Shown here: piece by piece, positions 35,620 through 52,894 of the stretch | How positions within the stretch are numbered: position 1 is the stretch's first letter | How the letters are laid out: every line of letters begins with the position of its first letter | Origin: the human T2T-CHM13v2.0 reference genome, Homo sapiens | Length of the DNA: 64,000 bases | Strand: one strand, 5' to 3' | NCBI RefSeq assembly: GCF_009914755.1 | Contig: NC_060936.1 | Made by a program: the position numbers and the translations under genes | The notes under the pieces: generated by a model | Database searches by the model: none | Seen by the model: only the letters and a program-made list of their open reading frames with translations | Told to the model about the DNA's origin: nothing

Positions 35620-35914
35620 CCAGAGCAGCTGGGGCGGGCATGGCCGGGGCTGCTGGGCCTCTCTGTCTGTCTCCATGTGGTCTCTCCAGCCTGGCAGCTT
35701 CAGAGCAGCCCAACTTCTGTGGGCTTCAGTGTGAGTGTCTCAAGACAGAGCCAGCTGGCAGCTGTATGGCCTTTTATGACCCAGCCTTGGAAACCACGTC
35801 CGTCGCATTTTACTCATTAGCAGCCAGCCCATAATCCAGGGGAGGGGAATTTGGCTCCACCCTTTGATCAGAGGAACGTCAAAGGATTTGTAGACACGCT
35901 TTCAAGCCATCGCA
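35620..35914 (-). mobile_element. MaLR LTR fragment (MLT1G/H-like)
   Basis: ctccatgtggtctctccagc; ggccttttatgacccagccttggaa. Confidence 0.68.
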
Positions 35915-36244
35915 AATTATTTGGAGAAAGATTGCAGCAGGCGGGACCCTCAGTAAGGGTTAATCATTAAGTCACCGAAAATGCCTCTAACCCTCCTGAA
36001 TCTGGTCTGGGGAGTGGTGGGGTGGGGAAGAAGGAGCTTCTTAGCTCCTGGATTCTTCAGAAAGGCTGTGAGTGGTGGGATAGAGGGTGGGACTGCCTGA
36101 CCCCACAGCTAGGAGACAGTGGTCCCATGGCCTTGCTCCCTTAGCTTTTTTCGCTTAGTTTTTTCTGGTGGGATGGTATTCCTTTGGTCTTCCTCAGAGG
36201 CACCAGATGCCCCTTTCCTGGTGCTGTGGCTTGGGGGCCTATGA

Positions 36245-36552
<308 letters not shown>

Positions 36553-37074
36553 TGATTGATATAAACGAGGTCCTCACAGTCTCTGGTCTGGCTCCTGGAC
36601 AGCGTGCTTGGTGTGGGTGTTTAGTCTTCCTCTGCTCAGTGGCTTGGGAAGAGCCACTAGCCCATTGCTCGGTTGCCTTGTGTCTTGTCCTTGTGGTGGC
36701 TTTGGGACCCAGACTTCCCTTCCTCAGAGCCACCTGCCTCCCACTTCCACTTCATTCATTCGCTCTGCTCCTCTACAGGGGATTCATTTCGAGTTGTTAG
36801 CATTCTGAGCTGGTGGCAGCCAGCTACCTTCATCAATGTGAGAAACTTGAATTAGAATATTAATTTCACCTGGGGCTTGGACGCATTGTTTCTGTGCTGA
36901 GCACATATTTAACAGTGGTGAAAATGCAATTGGCTCGTTCCTCCCATGCTTCTCGCAGAGGCTCCTGGGGGAGGTGTTTGGAGTAAGAGCCCCGCCTGTT
37001 TCTCTGTGCAGGTCTGTGAGCCCTGGCTCCTGATGCATTCGGTGGAAGGAACGTTTACCAACTCCTGTACCACT

Positions 37075-37330
37075 GGTTATCAACCAGCATCTCGTGGCAC
37101 ATACAGCCCAGGGCATATCTGTTTGGCCAGCCCAGTGCTTTAATAACTTTTGAGCCAATATTTAAGAGCTAGAAGATTTAATATGAAAATCTGGATTTTT
37201 GGCTTCTCGTTGAAACAGCAGTGGGGCCGGTAGCACTGGGTCCTCTTCCCAGGGAGTGACTATGGACTGCAGGGAGTGGAGGCTGCTCCCTTTAGACACA
37301 GCCCCAGTTCACTCCACTGGCATTTAGTTG
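37075..37330. mobile_element. hAT-Charlie relic (MER102-like)
   Basis: aaaatctggatttttggcttctc...gcactgggtcc. Confidence 0.6.
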
Positions 37331-37450
37331 AACACCTGCTATGTGCCAGGCATGCTTGTTGGTGCTGGCATTGTAGCCCCTGCTGTCAGGGAGCTTACAT
37401 TCCATTAAGAATGGTCACTAATTTCTGTTGCCTGTTGGAAGCCTCCAGAC

Positions 37451-38053
37451 CGGTGCTATTGGATACATTCTACAGTGATGGAGATCTTCTCTAGCTGCAC
37501 TGTTCAATATGGTATCCGCCAGCCACATGTTGATGTGGAGCGCTGAAATGTGACCACTGTGTCTGAGGAACTGGGTTTTTTTAATTGCATTAAACATACA
37601 TAACAAAATTTACCATCTTAACAATTTTTAAGTGTACAGTTCTGTGGCATCGAGCACATTCTCACTGTTATCCAACCATCGCCGCCATCCATCTCTGGAA
37701 CTTTTTCATTTTGCAAAATGGAAACCCCATACCCATTAATCAGTAACTCCCGTTTCTCCCTTCTCCATTTCCCCAGGCCTCCACCATCTTTCTGTCTCTA
37801 TTCATTTGAATATAAGTAGAATCATACAGTATTTGTCCTTTTGTGACGAGCTTATTTCACTTAACATTGTATCTTCGAGGTTCACTCATGTGTAGCATGT
37901 GCTAGAATTTCCTCCCTTTTTAAGACTGAATAACATCCCACTAGGGAACTGAATTTTTCATTTCATTTCAATTTAATTAATATATATTTAAAGTTAAGTA
38001 AATTTAAATGGCTACCCGTGGCTAGCTAATGGCTACTGTGTTGGACAATGTGG
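37451..38053. mobile_element. MER3-like hAT MITE interrupted by an antisense L1MB (~37577-37940)
   Basis: ctgcactgttcaatatggta...ggaactg | L1 | ggaactgaattttt...ggctactgtgttggaca. Confidence 0.82.
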
Positions 38054-38299
38054 GTCTAGGTATTTGAATTTGCATTCCCCACGCCTCAGTTAATCCAACT
38101 TCTTCATTGAACAGTTGGGGAAACTGAGGTACACAGATCACACAGAGCCAGAGCTTGAACCCACATCTCCCTGGTAGCTCACCTGGCATGTCTGGTGTAA
38201 CTAGTATCAGTTAGGCAATGAATGGAGGGATGGCAGTAGACAGAGTTGGGGAAGGTGGGCAGGGCCATGTGGACTAAGGGAAAGAGTTCAACTTTAAAG

Positions 38300-38680
38300 A
38301 GGACAATTTATTGAGCTTAGATTTACATAACAACCATTTCAAAGTGTACATTCAAGGGCATTTAGTTCATTCACAGTGTTGTGCAGTCATCACCTTTAGC
38401 TAGTTACAAAACGTTTTCATCACCCCAAAAAGAAACCCTGTACCTTGCAGGTAGCCACTCCCCACCCCCATTCCTCCAGGCCCTGGAAACCACCCATCTG
38501 CTTTGTGTCTCTCCAGATTTGCCTGCTGTGGACACTTCATATACATGGTATCACATAGCATGTGGCCATCTGTGTCTGGCTTCTTTCTCATAGCATAACA
38601 TTTCGAGGTTTATCTCTGCTATTGCATGTGTCCGGACCGCATAGTGTTTTGTAGTGGAATCGTCTTCCACTGTATGGATA
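38300..38680 (-). mobile_element. L1MB-like 3' end
   Basis: ttttcatcaccccaaaaagaaaccctgtacc; tgtgtctggcttctttctcatagcataa. Confidence 0.85.
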
Positions 38681-39944
38681 AGGGATTGGGATTTGATCTA
38701 AGAGCAGTGGGGAACCCCCTGCAAGGCCTTTGGTGGGGGTCTGTTTCTTGCTGAGATGGCCGCGTGGTAGAAAGGAAGGCCCCTTCCACAGCCCTGTGGT
38801 AAACAGGTTTCCTCTTCCTGGGTTCCATGAAGCCCATTTCAGCTTTGTGTCCAGGGTCCAAAGGGACAGGGTTCTTGGCTGCCATAGAAGTGGCTGCCCT
38901 CGTGTGCCCCTTCATGCCGTCACCACAGGCACCCTCCTAGGTGCAGAGGATGCTCAGGCCTCGGGCAGGGGCTCTGTAGCTGTGTCCCCTCTGAGTGCTG
39001 CGTCCCCTCTGAGTGCTGCGGCCACTCGAATGTCAACTGAGCCCGGGGTTATTGATTTACAGGAGGCAGATTATGTTTGGGAAATCAGAAGGGAGCTCCC
39101 GCATGGAGGGGAAGGGATTGTACTCTGATGTGGCTCTTGCCTGGGAAGCGGGAGCCAGCAGGTGGTGGTGAGAGGCTTGGGGATTAAAGGGAAGAAAAAG
39201 AAAAGGGGAAGCCTCTGGCCAGCCTGAGCCTGGGTGCACACGAGGGCCGCTCTCTTTCTGTAAATGAATGTTGGGGAGCCTGGCCTGCTGGGTGAGGCTC
39301 ACATCTCTAAGTGGGGCAGAGGCTCGCGGATGGACCGCCCCAGGGGATGGTGCAGTGGGCTTGCTGTGTACCTTTGTCCCAGCCTGGGACAGCAGACGCT
39401 AGCAGTGGCAGCAGAGTGGCTGGTCACTGGGACAGTGCTCGACTGGGGGAAGGGGTTTGGCCCCCTTTCTGTCCTGGTCACCTCAGGGGAGAAGGGTGTT
39501 GGCTCAGTCAGCCCTGCTTTGCTTGAGGGACTGACGGCAGGGACCCTGCCACCCCGTTTCCTTTGTTCCTGGCTGCTGTGGTGCTGGTCACGCTTGGGAG
39601 CATGGAGACACTCGTTCCTTGTCTCTCCAACCCACCGGCCATTGGCCCAGATCACAGGCACCTCTTTGGCAGATGTGGAGTCTGAGTGGCTCAGACAGGC
39701 TGCTCTTTTTGTGTGGTGGCCCTTCTTTGTTCCATGAGTTTCCTTTGTTATCTGATGGAATGCAAGGGTTACTAATTTTATTAAAGAACACAATGACACC
39801 AGTTGTACCGGTATAGTCTCTCCTTGTGGAACATGAAATTGTTCCCCAATCCTGATTTCTTTTCTCCTTCACTGGAGATAAATACTGTTAGATGGCCAGA
39901 GTGTCTTCCTCGCCTTGTCCTGTGAGTCTCGTAGGTGCCTGCTC

Positions 39945-41350
<1,406 letters not shown>

Positions 41351-42364
41351 GAATTTAAACTGTCTCCTGCCCCAAATATGTGTTCCCCAGTCATCTTTCT
41401 ATCATGTTATCTTCCTCTTCCTTGCTACCTCCCCAAAGTCAGCCTCCAACCCTGTGGGCTTCCTGGGGCACAGCCCACTGAGGGGGAGCGAGGCTGCTCC
41501 GAGCAGACCAGCTGTCTGCTGCCTGTTTTCTGCACCATCTCCAGGGCATAGAATGTTGGAACAGTGGCCTGGAGGCTGAGTTCTGGTGGGAGGACTCAGT
41601 GAGGAGTAGGGTGGGAAACCAGGGGATCCAAAAAATAAAGACTAAAAATAGAAGGCAGCATGCACATTGCGACCGCCCTCATTCCTTCCACCCGCTGCAC
41701 ACGGTTCACCTCCTTAGCACTCAGTCTGGCTTTCTCTGTCACCAAATATAATAAATGCCTTCTCTTCCTGGCTTCTCGCTGGCAAGGATGAGTGAAGGAT
41801 GCCCTCTCTTTTTCCCATGCCAGCCACCTCTGACCCTGCCTTTAACCATCTTGTCTGGGGAATTGAGCAAGCTCAGCTCCCTGTGGGCAGAGCAGGTCTC
41901 AGGGCGTGTAAACACCCTTGTGAATTGCACCAGCTGGGCATTCACTGATGGGCACTAATGGCTTGGAAGGGAGACACAAATGAACCTACAAATCATTTGT
42001 TGGTTTGAACAGGATCCAGAATGTGTGGATTTGGTCACCTTTCTTCCCTCTTCAGGGACCATGGCAGCCTTCTGCCATAGGTAGTTTTTCAGTCTGACTC
42101 CGGACAGATGTGAGGCTGATTGCCGGCAGCTTGGGTCCTGACATTTGGTGGGCTTTGCTTTGTGTTCTGCTTTCGATGGCAGGGCTTCCTGTCCCAGTGC
42201 GGAATTTCTCCACTCTGGCTCCCTGGTAGAATCATTTTTGGGCATGGAGAACCTTTAAGATACTGGTGCCCAGGCAGGATCTAGACCTACTGAACCTCTA
42301 GGGATGTGACCTGGGTACTTTTCCTGTTTAGTCGCTCACATATTAATAAATTAACTAATTAATA

Positions 42365-42802
<438 letters not shown>

Positions 42803-42919
42803 CTCTTTCACATACTTAGAATCCTGTTTAATGCCTCAATATTTTTTTGTACAAGCCAAAATACAAAAACAAAGGGTTATATAACCTATCATCGACAGGG
42901 TCTAACTGTTTCACTTCAT

Positions 42920-43455
42920 TTTTTTTTTTAAGTTTTTCTAAAAACCGAGGATAAGTTCACACAACACACAACCATTTTAAAGTGTACAAGTCCGTGGCAT
43001 TTGGTACATTTATAGTGTTGCACAAACACCACCTCTGTTTGGTTCCAGAGCATTTTCATCCTCCCAAATGGAAGTCCCGTACCCACTAGCGGTCACTCCC
43101 TACTGCCTTCAACCCCTGGCAAATACGCTTCTACTTTCTATTCTATGGATGTGCTGGTTCTGGCTATTTAATACAAATGCAGTCTTAAAATATGCACCCT
43201 TTTGGGTCTGGCTTCTTTCACTTGCACAGTGGTTTTAAGGTTCATCCACGTTGTAGCCTGTGTCAGTGCTATGCTCCTTTTTATGGTTGAATCATCTTCC
43301 ATTGTCTATCGGATATGCCACCTTTTGTTTATCCGTTCATCTGTTAGTGGGTGTTTGGGTTGCTTCCACCTTTTGGATATTGTGAATAGCACTGCTGAGA
43401 ACATTTGTGTACAAGTATTTGTTTGAGCACCTGTTTTCATTCTTTCTGGTATACC
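42920..43455 (-). mobile_element. L1MB-like 3' end
   Basis: aggttcatccacgttgtagc; tattgtgaatagcactgctgagaacatttgtgtacaag. Confidence 0.88.
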
Positions 43456-44149
43456 TGGGTAATTTTTAAAAGCTCCATATATGGTTCTAATGGGAAGCCA
43501 ACTGGAAAGCTATCAGAATTTTGAGCCCGGAGTTCTGAGCCCGTAAAAGATTCTTTCATTTTTAGTCAAATGGCTTCTAACTGGTCACTCTCTGGCTTCT
43601 GATTCAGTGATGGCTTCTCCAGCCTAGACCTTCTCTATAAATTACTGTGTGATTTTTCTGTCTAGCACTTATCACTATCTGAATGAGTCTCCCTTGTTGC
43701 CTGGATAGAGGGTTTACCTGTACATGATCTAGCGTCCCTTGCTCTAGATAGAGTGTGATCTCTGTAAGTATAGATCATGACTACCTTGCTTATTCATCCA
43801 CCTGTACTCCTAGCATCAAGGGAGGTTCCTTGTGGCCAGTGCCAGGTTAGAATCTACTTTACAAAAATGGCAGATGCTAGGTTGCCACCAAATCTGTCTT
43901 TAGGATAACTCATTCATTTATCAATCTATCCAAATGGATGGATTTAGTCATTCGAATATTTATTGATGCTTTTTGTGTGCCAGGGCACATAAGTTTGGGG
44001 GATAGAGAGAACAATAGTACCCCTTCGTCAGTGAGCTCTCAGTCTACTGGGGGGATAGACAGATAAATAATTCCAATACAGTGCAAGGAGTGCTTCTGTG
44101 GAGGTCTGAATCGGGAGCAGGAGCCATTAGGGTTAGCTTCAGGAGGAGG

Positions 44150-44690
44150 TGTTAGGACTCCTTCAGTTGCAAATGACAAAAACCCAAGTCAAACTGGCAT
44201 AGCTGAAAGAAAACATCTTTTGATTTATGCATCTGGAAAGTCCTCCTAGGCTTCTGATGTGGCTGACCCAGGGCCTTAATTGCCATCATCAAGACCCAGC
44301 CTCCCTCTGTCTCTCAGCACTAGTTTCTTCTATAGTGGCTCCATTCTCAGGGCAGCTTCTTCTAAAGCACGGCTGTTGGGTAGACCTCATATCCCACCAG
44401 CTGAGCAGCCCAGCAGGAAGAGAACACCTCTTTCCTGATGGTTCTCACAGAAATGGCAGTTCTGACTCTCACTGGCTAGCAGTAGGTCACGTGACAATCC
44501 TCGGCCCAATCATTGTGACTCGGGCCAAGCCTAGGTCATGTGCCTTCTCCTGGAGCAGGGAGGGAAGGGATCCCTCTGGCTGGACCACGTTATAGAGAGT
44601 GGACAGGAGGCCTCCAAAGGAGAAAGGCAGGGCATGGTTTCCAGGGGAAGGGAGAATGGCTGCTGTCAGGCCCAAACAACACGTGCCCAC
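44150..44690 (-). mobile_element. Old MaLR LTR (MLT1K/L-like)
   Basis: gttgcaaatgacaaaaacccaagtcaaactggc. Confidence 0.68.
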
Positions 44691-44729
44691 TCTAGCAGTC
44701 AGGCTGGTGCCAAAAAGAAGATGAGCTGG

Positions 44730-45225
44730 ATATTTCCCAGTTGCCCTCTCCCAGATTTATTCTCCACCCTTCCTTGCCCTTTTCTGTTCCCCGGAAGCTG
44801 ACCCACAAGGGCTGCAACATCTGGACTTCCCTGCCCTTCAACTTCCAGATGGATTTGGACAATGAGAGACCCGGCTGGAAATGAGAGGGTTGGAAAAGAG
44901 ACTGAGGGCATTGCTTCCCTGCTCCTCTGTGCTCGGTCTCCACATTTCTGCCTGGGGCTTCGCCTCCCTCTGAGACTTCTGTTCTAATGAGGAAGCCTCT
45001 TCTCCCAGCTGCAGCCCTCACTGGCTCCATAACACCACTCTCTCCTTGTCCCTTGAGGCTCAAGAAGTAACAGCTTCCCCCTATTGCCAGCCTCTTGGTG
45101 CTACACCTACCCTGCCACTCCCCTGATGCTCCTCCACTTCTGTATATAGACCCGTCATTGAAATCTCTTCCTTCGAACCATCATTGAGGGCAAATTCTTT
45201 TTCCTGCCAGGATTTCTATAGATAT
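44730..45225 (+). mobile_element. ERVL LTR (LTR33-like)
   Basis: ccagatttattctccacccttc...gctgacc...ttcctgccaggat. Confidence 0.6.
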
Positions 45226-45244
45226 GAAGGAGACATTTGCCACT

Positions 45245-46021
<777 letters not shown>

Positions 46022-46111
46022 GCCATCTTTATCTGCCCCTTCTTAAGAATCTCTCTGCTCTTTGGCCTCTGAACTTGGGCATCCCTGGAGGCCTTGATTC
46101 CATCTGCCTCC

Positions 46112-46504
46112 TGTATTAGTTTGGGCTGCCATAAGAAAATACCACACAGAGTGGTTTAAACAACAGAAATTTCTTTTCTTACAGTTCTGGAGGCTGGAAG
46201 TTCAAGGTCAGGGTGCTAGCAAGGTCAGTTTTTGGTGAGGGCTCCCTTCCTGGCTTGCAGATGGCAGCCTCCTCTCTGTGTCCTAAAGGTAGAGGGTGGG
46301 TGGGGAGGCTTGAAGCAGGGGAGAAGCTCTCTCATGTCTCCTCTTAAAAGAACACCAGTCCTGTTGGATCAGGGTCCCACCCTTATGACCTCATGTGACC
46401 TTAATTACCTCCATTAAGGCCTGACCTTCAAATATAGTCACCTTGGGCATTGGGGCTTTCACATGTGGCTTGGGGAGGTGAACACAAAACTTCATTTTGT
46501 AACA
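46112..46504 (-). mobile_element. MLT1A-like LTR
   Basis: tgtattagtttgggctgccataag...cagttctggaggctggaagttcaagg. Confidence 0.88.
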
Positions 46505-47427
46505 CCTCTCTTCCTCTAAGCTTTATTCTCCAGCCCTCAGCCTTGGAGGCCTTCTTTGTGTCTTTGTTGAGAAAATCAGTGCTGAGATGTCTTTTCAGCC
46601 TGGCATTGCCCTTGGAATTACTCCGTTATCGTGGCCTGATTCTCTCTGCTCTGTGAGTGTGGGCAAATTGACAGGATGTTAAAGGATGTTCAAGAAAAGG
46701 TCACTGATAACAGGCCTTTGATTAGTTCCTGAGAAAAGGAGTCAGTGATTCCTTTTCTGAGCTGGAATGGTTGGGGAGTGCAGCCGTGGGGACTTGGAGA
46801 TCCTTCTTCCTGCCAGAGACTCCACAGATGTCTGGACCCAGGGGCTCGGGTGGGTCCACGGAGGCAGCAAGCTGGCCGGAGGCATCGAGCAGCTCCTCCA
46901 TTATCCGCATGCCTCCTGCGTGGCTGGGCAGGATGCTGTGGCCACTGGCTGCGATCTTGGCGCTTCACAAGCTGGAGCCGTCAGGCCCTGAGCCACTCGG
47001 CCGCGCAGATGCCTTCCCTGTATGCACTGGCTTGTAATTAAAACTCAACTTGCCAGTCTGATTGGACTAAGCAGTTAAATTCATCTGGAAGAGTTTTTCA
47101 TCTGCATTGTGTAATTAGCAACATACGATGCTTGTGTTAGCTCAATTAAAAGTTATGGTGATTAATATGGGTATCAAAGCAGAACCGTAAATCAACAGAT
47201 TCAGGGCACTTGGAGTTCATGGGCTGGGAGGCAGAGAGCCAGCTGCAGGCCATACCTCAGTGGCAGCTAGGCAGGAGGGTGGGGAAGAGAGGCCAGGCTG
47301 GGGGCCGGGTACATGGCTGGGTCACTCACTCTCCTCTCTGAGCCTCAGTTTCCCATCTTATATATTGGGGTACCAGTACTTTTAGGTCATTCTGAGTTTC
47401 AGGGCCTGGGATGGGGTATAGATGTAG

Positions 47428-48330
<903 letters not shown>

Positions 48331-48814
48331 AAAAGGCAAGCTCTCAATCGTCCTTTCCCCTTAAAATGAGAAAAAAGGGCCTATTTTAGTATTTTCCATA
48401 GATTTTTGTCTCTTTGTCCTTGTGACCGAGAGCTTCCAGAGCTATTTTTCTTTGCTGTGAAATTGTAATGTTTTGTATCTGGCTTCTAGATTTCCAGTGC
48501 AGAAATGAAATCTAAAAATCTCAAACGCCCACGACATGGCATTCTGGGGTAGGAGGGAAGAAACCCCCACCCTGGCTGTATTCTGCATTGTCGGTTGTGA
48601 CTCGGATTTGGTTGTGGATCAAGATTATGAGTACAAAAAGGTCAGTGTGAACTGTTCCCATCAGCTCCTTTGATTGGGCCACCCAGGATCCCACCATGAA
48701 CTTGAGGCTGATAAATTCTCTAATCTGCAAGATAAAAGTACTTGGGATGGGAAGGAGAGAGGGAGGGACATCTTTCTTGTTGAAGCTGTTTTTTTTTTTT
48801 TTTTTTTTTTTTAT

Positions 48815-49080
48815 TGGAATTACCCAGCTATTCTATTCCTAGGTTTATATTCAAAAGAACTGGAAACAGGTGCCCAAACAAAAACCTGCCCATGAATGGG
48901 AGGGAAATAGGGAGCGAGCACTTAATGGATACAGGGTCTCCTTTTGGGGTGATGAAAATGTTTTGAAACTAGATAAAGGTGGTGTTTGCACAACAATGTG
49001 AATATACTAAATGCCACTGACTTGTACCCTTTAAAATAGTTAATTTTATGCCATGTGAATTTCACCTCAATTTTAAAAAA
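48815..49080 (+). mobile_element. L1MB-like 3' end with an internal deletion, preceded by a poly(T) run
   Basis: caaaagaactggaaacagg joined to ggggtgatgaaaatgttttgaaactag. Confidence 0.82.
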
Positions 49081-50699
49081 TGAGAGCCATCTGTGGTGAG
49101 AGGTCCTGAGCCTCTAGATTAGTCATCCATTGCTCAAGATATATTGCTGGAGTGTTGCAATAAGTTGCACTTTTTTCCCCTTAAATGTATAGCCATGATG
49201 GCGAGGTTTCTGGTGGCATCTCAGGGCCACGTGGCAGAGATGCAGAAATGCATTCCCAGGGTTTGGATGAAGATTCTGGATGACACCGACAGCTCGAGAT
49301 GGTCTCTGCAGAATTCTATTATCTTCCTTGAAGCCCAAGGAGAGCATCTGGGGGACCTAGTGCATTCTGACTAGGAAGTCGTATCTCAATTAGATTTCTT
49401 CCTATTAATCAGAAGGTTGCTTAACGATGTGAAAAATCAACTGAAGTGTGCCTGGAGTGGGCAGCTGTTTGTGCTCACCTGGCATCTTGGGGGAACTGTC
49501 CTTCCCCTAGGCACAATAAAGGTGTGATGAGGCTGCCTGGATCCCCAGAGCTGGATCGGGGGTCCTCTTCACACCTCTGTTGTGTGTGTGGGAAGGACCT
49601 GGTCTTTCTCAAGACCTGATCCTCCAACCCTCCCCGCCAGGCTCTGGGCTGCCCATCTCCTTCCATCAGGTCCACTTTGGTTTCGAACAATTCCAAGAGC
49701 CCTAGCTGAGACTGGTCTGTGACAGAAGACATTAGGGGCTTAGGTCCTGATTTTACCAGCCAGCCCTGGTTTACACCTGGCATAATCAATAACAATCCCT
49801 TTCACAGGTGCCTCAGTGGCACTGGATCCATTCAGTGGGCACCCTAGGATCTGTGTATCTGAAGGAGCCACTGTTTCCCCCAGGGGTCCCCCAGCAGCCT
49901 TCCCCTGACGGCCCCCTTTGCTGAGGGACCCCCTTTTACATCTCATCAATAGCGACAGCTAACATTTTTGGAAGCCTGCTGTGTGTCAGTATTTGCCGTA
50001 AGTATTTACACACACGGACTCATTTGATTCTCATGACAGCCCTATGAAGTAGGCATTCAACCTTTTCTGTCCCATCCCCTGAGCTCCACAAGGTGACCTT
50101 TTAAAGTTCACCTCTTGTGGATTCTTCTAGAGTTTGTTTATATAATATACAAGCAACTACTAATACATGTTTTTATTTTCTCCACTTTTCTTATAGCAAG
50201 AGTAGCATATTGCATGCACTGTTTTGTAGCACACTGAAAACCACATCTTGGTCAATGGAGGTATTTCTCATCAGGGTTTGGGAAGGGGCCTCCTTCCTTC
50301 CTCAAGCCACCTTGTGTCTGGGCTGAGGTTGTTCTTGCCCCAAACCACATCTGTGAGAACCAGGGGCGACCCAGCCTCACCGCCTGGAGACACGTAACAA
50401 AGTCTACGGGATTTTGTTTGGCTGCAAACCTTTAACAAGCTTTCAAGATAATGCTGTTTCTTGGAGGCTCAGCCGCTGCTTAAACAAGTGCAGATTAAAT
50501 GCTTGTGTATTCTGTATTGATTTGATCTGGGCATCCTGCCAGCCTTGGAGAAAGTGACGATAGCGATTCAGGCCCTTCTCTGTCGGCATTTCCAAGAGGT
50601 CTGGAGTGAGAAGCTGATCAGGCTTGGGTTTTCTCACAGTGGGAGGCAGGCACCACGGAGCTCCTGGTGTTGACGCTCTGTGGTCAGGCAGTCAATCAG

Positions 50700-51320
50700 C
50701 ACGTCCTGGGGCTGCGGCAGCCTCTTAGGTGATCTTCCTGCCTCTACCCTCGTCCTGCTGTGTCTGTTTCCCAGATCGTAGGAGCGTGTACCTCTTAAGC
50801 TGCTAAATCAGTTCACATCCCTCCTCTGCTCCAAACCCTTCCACGGCTCCCAGCTCGCTCAGAGTAAAAACCCACAGTCCTGAGCTTGGCCCACAAGGCC
50901 TCTCCTGCCTTACTCACTCTTTGTCAGCCACTGGCCTCCTGTTGTCCCAGAGAGGCCCAGCACCCATTTGCCCCAGGGCCTTTGCACGTGCAATTCTGTT
51001 TGGAACACTCTTGCCCAATGTGTGCGTGGCTCATACCCTCAGTTCATGACTTTAGCCACATGTCATCATTTTAGAGGGGCTGTCCCTGAGCACCCCGCCT
51101 ACAGTAGCGCTCAGCACTCATTTCCTGCTTCATTTGTTTTCATAGCATTTCTGTCCAGCTGATGTGACATATCATTATCTGTTCATCTGTGTTTTACAGT
51201 AGGATGTCAGCTTTATGAGAGCAGTGACCTCATCTGTCTAGTTCATAGATATATACCCAGGACCTAGAATGCTGCCTGGCAGATAGTAGGTGCTCAGTAA
51301 ATACTAATGGAATAATGTTC
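50700..51320 (+). mobile_element. L2 3' fragment
   Basis: ctgctccaaacccttccacggctccc...gcctggcagatagtaggtgctcagtaaata. Confidence 0.85.
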
Positions 51321-52675
51321 TGTGAGCACTTACTTTGTTCTCTACTCAGTGCATGAGGATTCAGAGTGGATAACACTTGCCCCTCGTCTTCAAAAGCTTC
51401 CCGTCTAGTCGGAGAAATGAGTGGTTATTTTCTCCACTGGGTTCTGTGGGCACAGTGCCTAGGGCTCATGACTATATCCAGGCCCCCGAAAAATGTTTGA
51501 GATCTGAAAAAGTTATTGGTTCTAAGATCTGAAAAGAAAATGGTAATATCAAAACAAATGTTCAAACAACCACAGTTTTTCCCAACTCATAATTTTATGT
51601 AAGGCAGGTCGTAGGAACATTTCAATATGTTTAGTACAGTGGAAGCCTGTAAAAGAAAGAATGCTTGGGAGCTGGGAAGGTCTTGAAATGGCCTTGGAGA
51701 TAACTGGCCTACCTAAAACAAAGTGATTAAACAGAGGGTGTAATTCATCCCTGTAGGAACAGGAGACATTCAGAGAAGGGACATTCATGTGGAATTCAGG
51801 GAAGGCTTCCTGGAGGAGGTGTGACTTGCGTGGGGCCTTGAAGGTCTGGTATAACTTGGACAACTTGTGGGAAGGGAGATTGGAAGGAGGAGTAGCTTTC
51901 CTGTATTTGTGGGCTGGAGCCCAACTAGCGTGGTTGGGGCAATCCAGTGAGGCTGGTAAGATGACGCCTGCTCATGGAGCGGTTGTGGAGCCCCAGGACT
52001 GCAGTTCAGAAATAGAGGGCTGCTGCAGTCTCCCAAGGTGATGAAACTGGCTTGCTGTAGACCCTTGTAAAATCTTCCCTTTGAGCCTTTGCATAAGAAA
52101 AACTGGATTGCTGTCAAGGCCCAAGTATTTCAGGAAGAAGGTGAGATAACAGCCCCACATCACCTTTATTAGAAAGGTGGGAAAGGGAGCAGTGGGTGTT
52201 TGTGACTCCCAGGGGACAATAAGTTTCTCTGCCTTATTTGCTATATAGTTTAAGCTATGTGTTTGTTGCTTATTTTTATCTCTGTTTTCTTCCCTCAAGG
52301 ACTCAAGGCAGCAAACAGAAATAAATCAGTATAATAAGATTAAAATGATTAAGACAAAAGGAAAATAAGGGAGAATTGCATAGTTACTATAATGCTGGGG
52401 TGGGTCAGCACCAGAAATGTATGCCAGGAGATCGTAAATTTGGCCTTGGGTATCCTGGCAGCCAAGGCGACTAAGGAAACAATTGCACAAACCAGGCTCT
52501 CCATAAATATAGGGACTCCATACAGCAATATGGGGGATTTTCACTTTCTGAACATTTGTTCTTGGAACTGCTTCAGGTATTTGCCTGGGAATTAAATGTC
52601 CAAACATGAAAATACTTGCCAATGAACTGACAATTTCTATTCTAAATTTACTTCCCACTCAACATCCCTCTAGAC

Positions 52676-52894
52676 CAAGGGTTCTTAGCCTTGGCATTAT
52701 TTACATTTTGAGCTGGATAATCTTTGATTGTGGGGCTGTCCTGGGAATTGTAGGATGTTCAGCACCATCCCTGGCCCTTCCATCAGCTAGATGCCAGTAG
52801 TACCACCCACCCTGCAGTGTGACAACCAAAAATGTCTCTAGACATTGACAAATGTCCCTGGGGGGCAAGATTGCCCCCATTGGAGAACTCAATG
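52676..52894. mobile_element. MER20 hAT MITE
   Basis: gtgacaaccaaaaatgtctctagacattgacaaatgtccctggggggc; NTCTAGNN-type target flanks. Confidence 0.92.

Noticed and set aside
38984-39019. 18-bp tandem duplication GTCCCCTCTGAGTGCTGC x2
   Set aside because: Ordinary slippage duplication with no further structure
52757-52777. TTCAGCACC as an RE1 site
   Set aside because: Left half only, within MER20; no GGACAG right half
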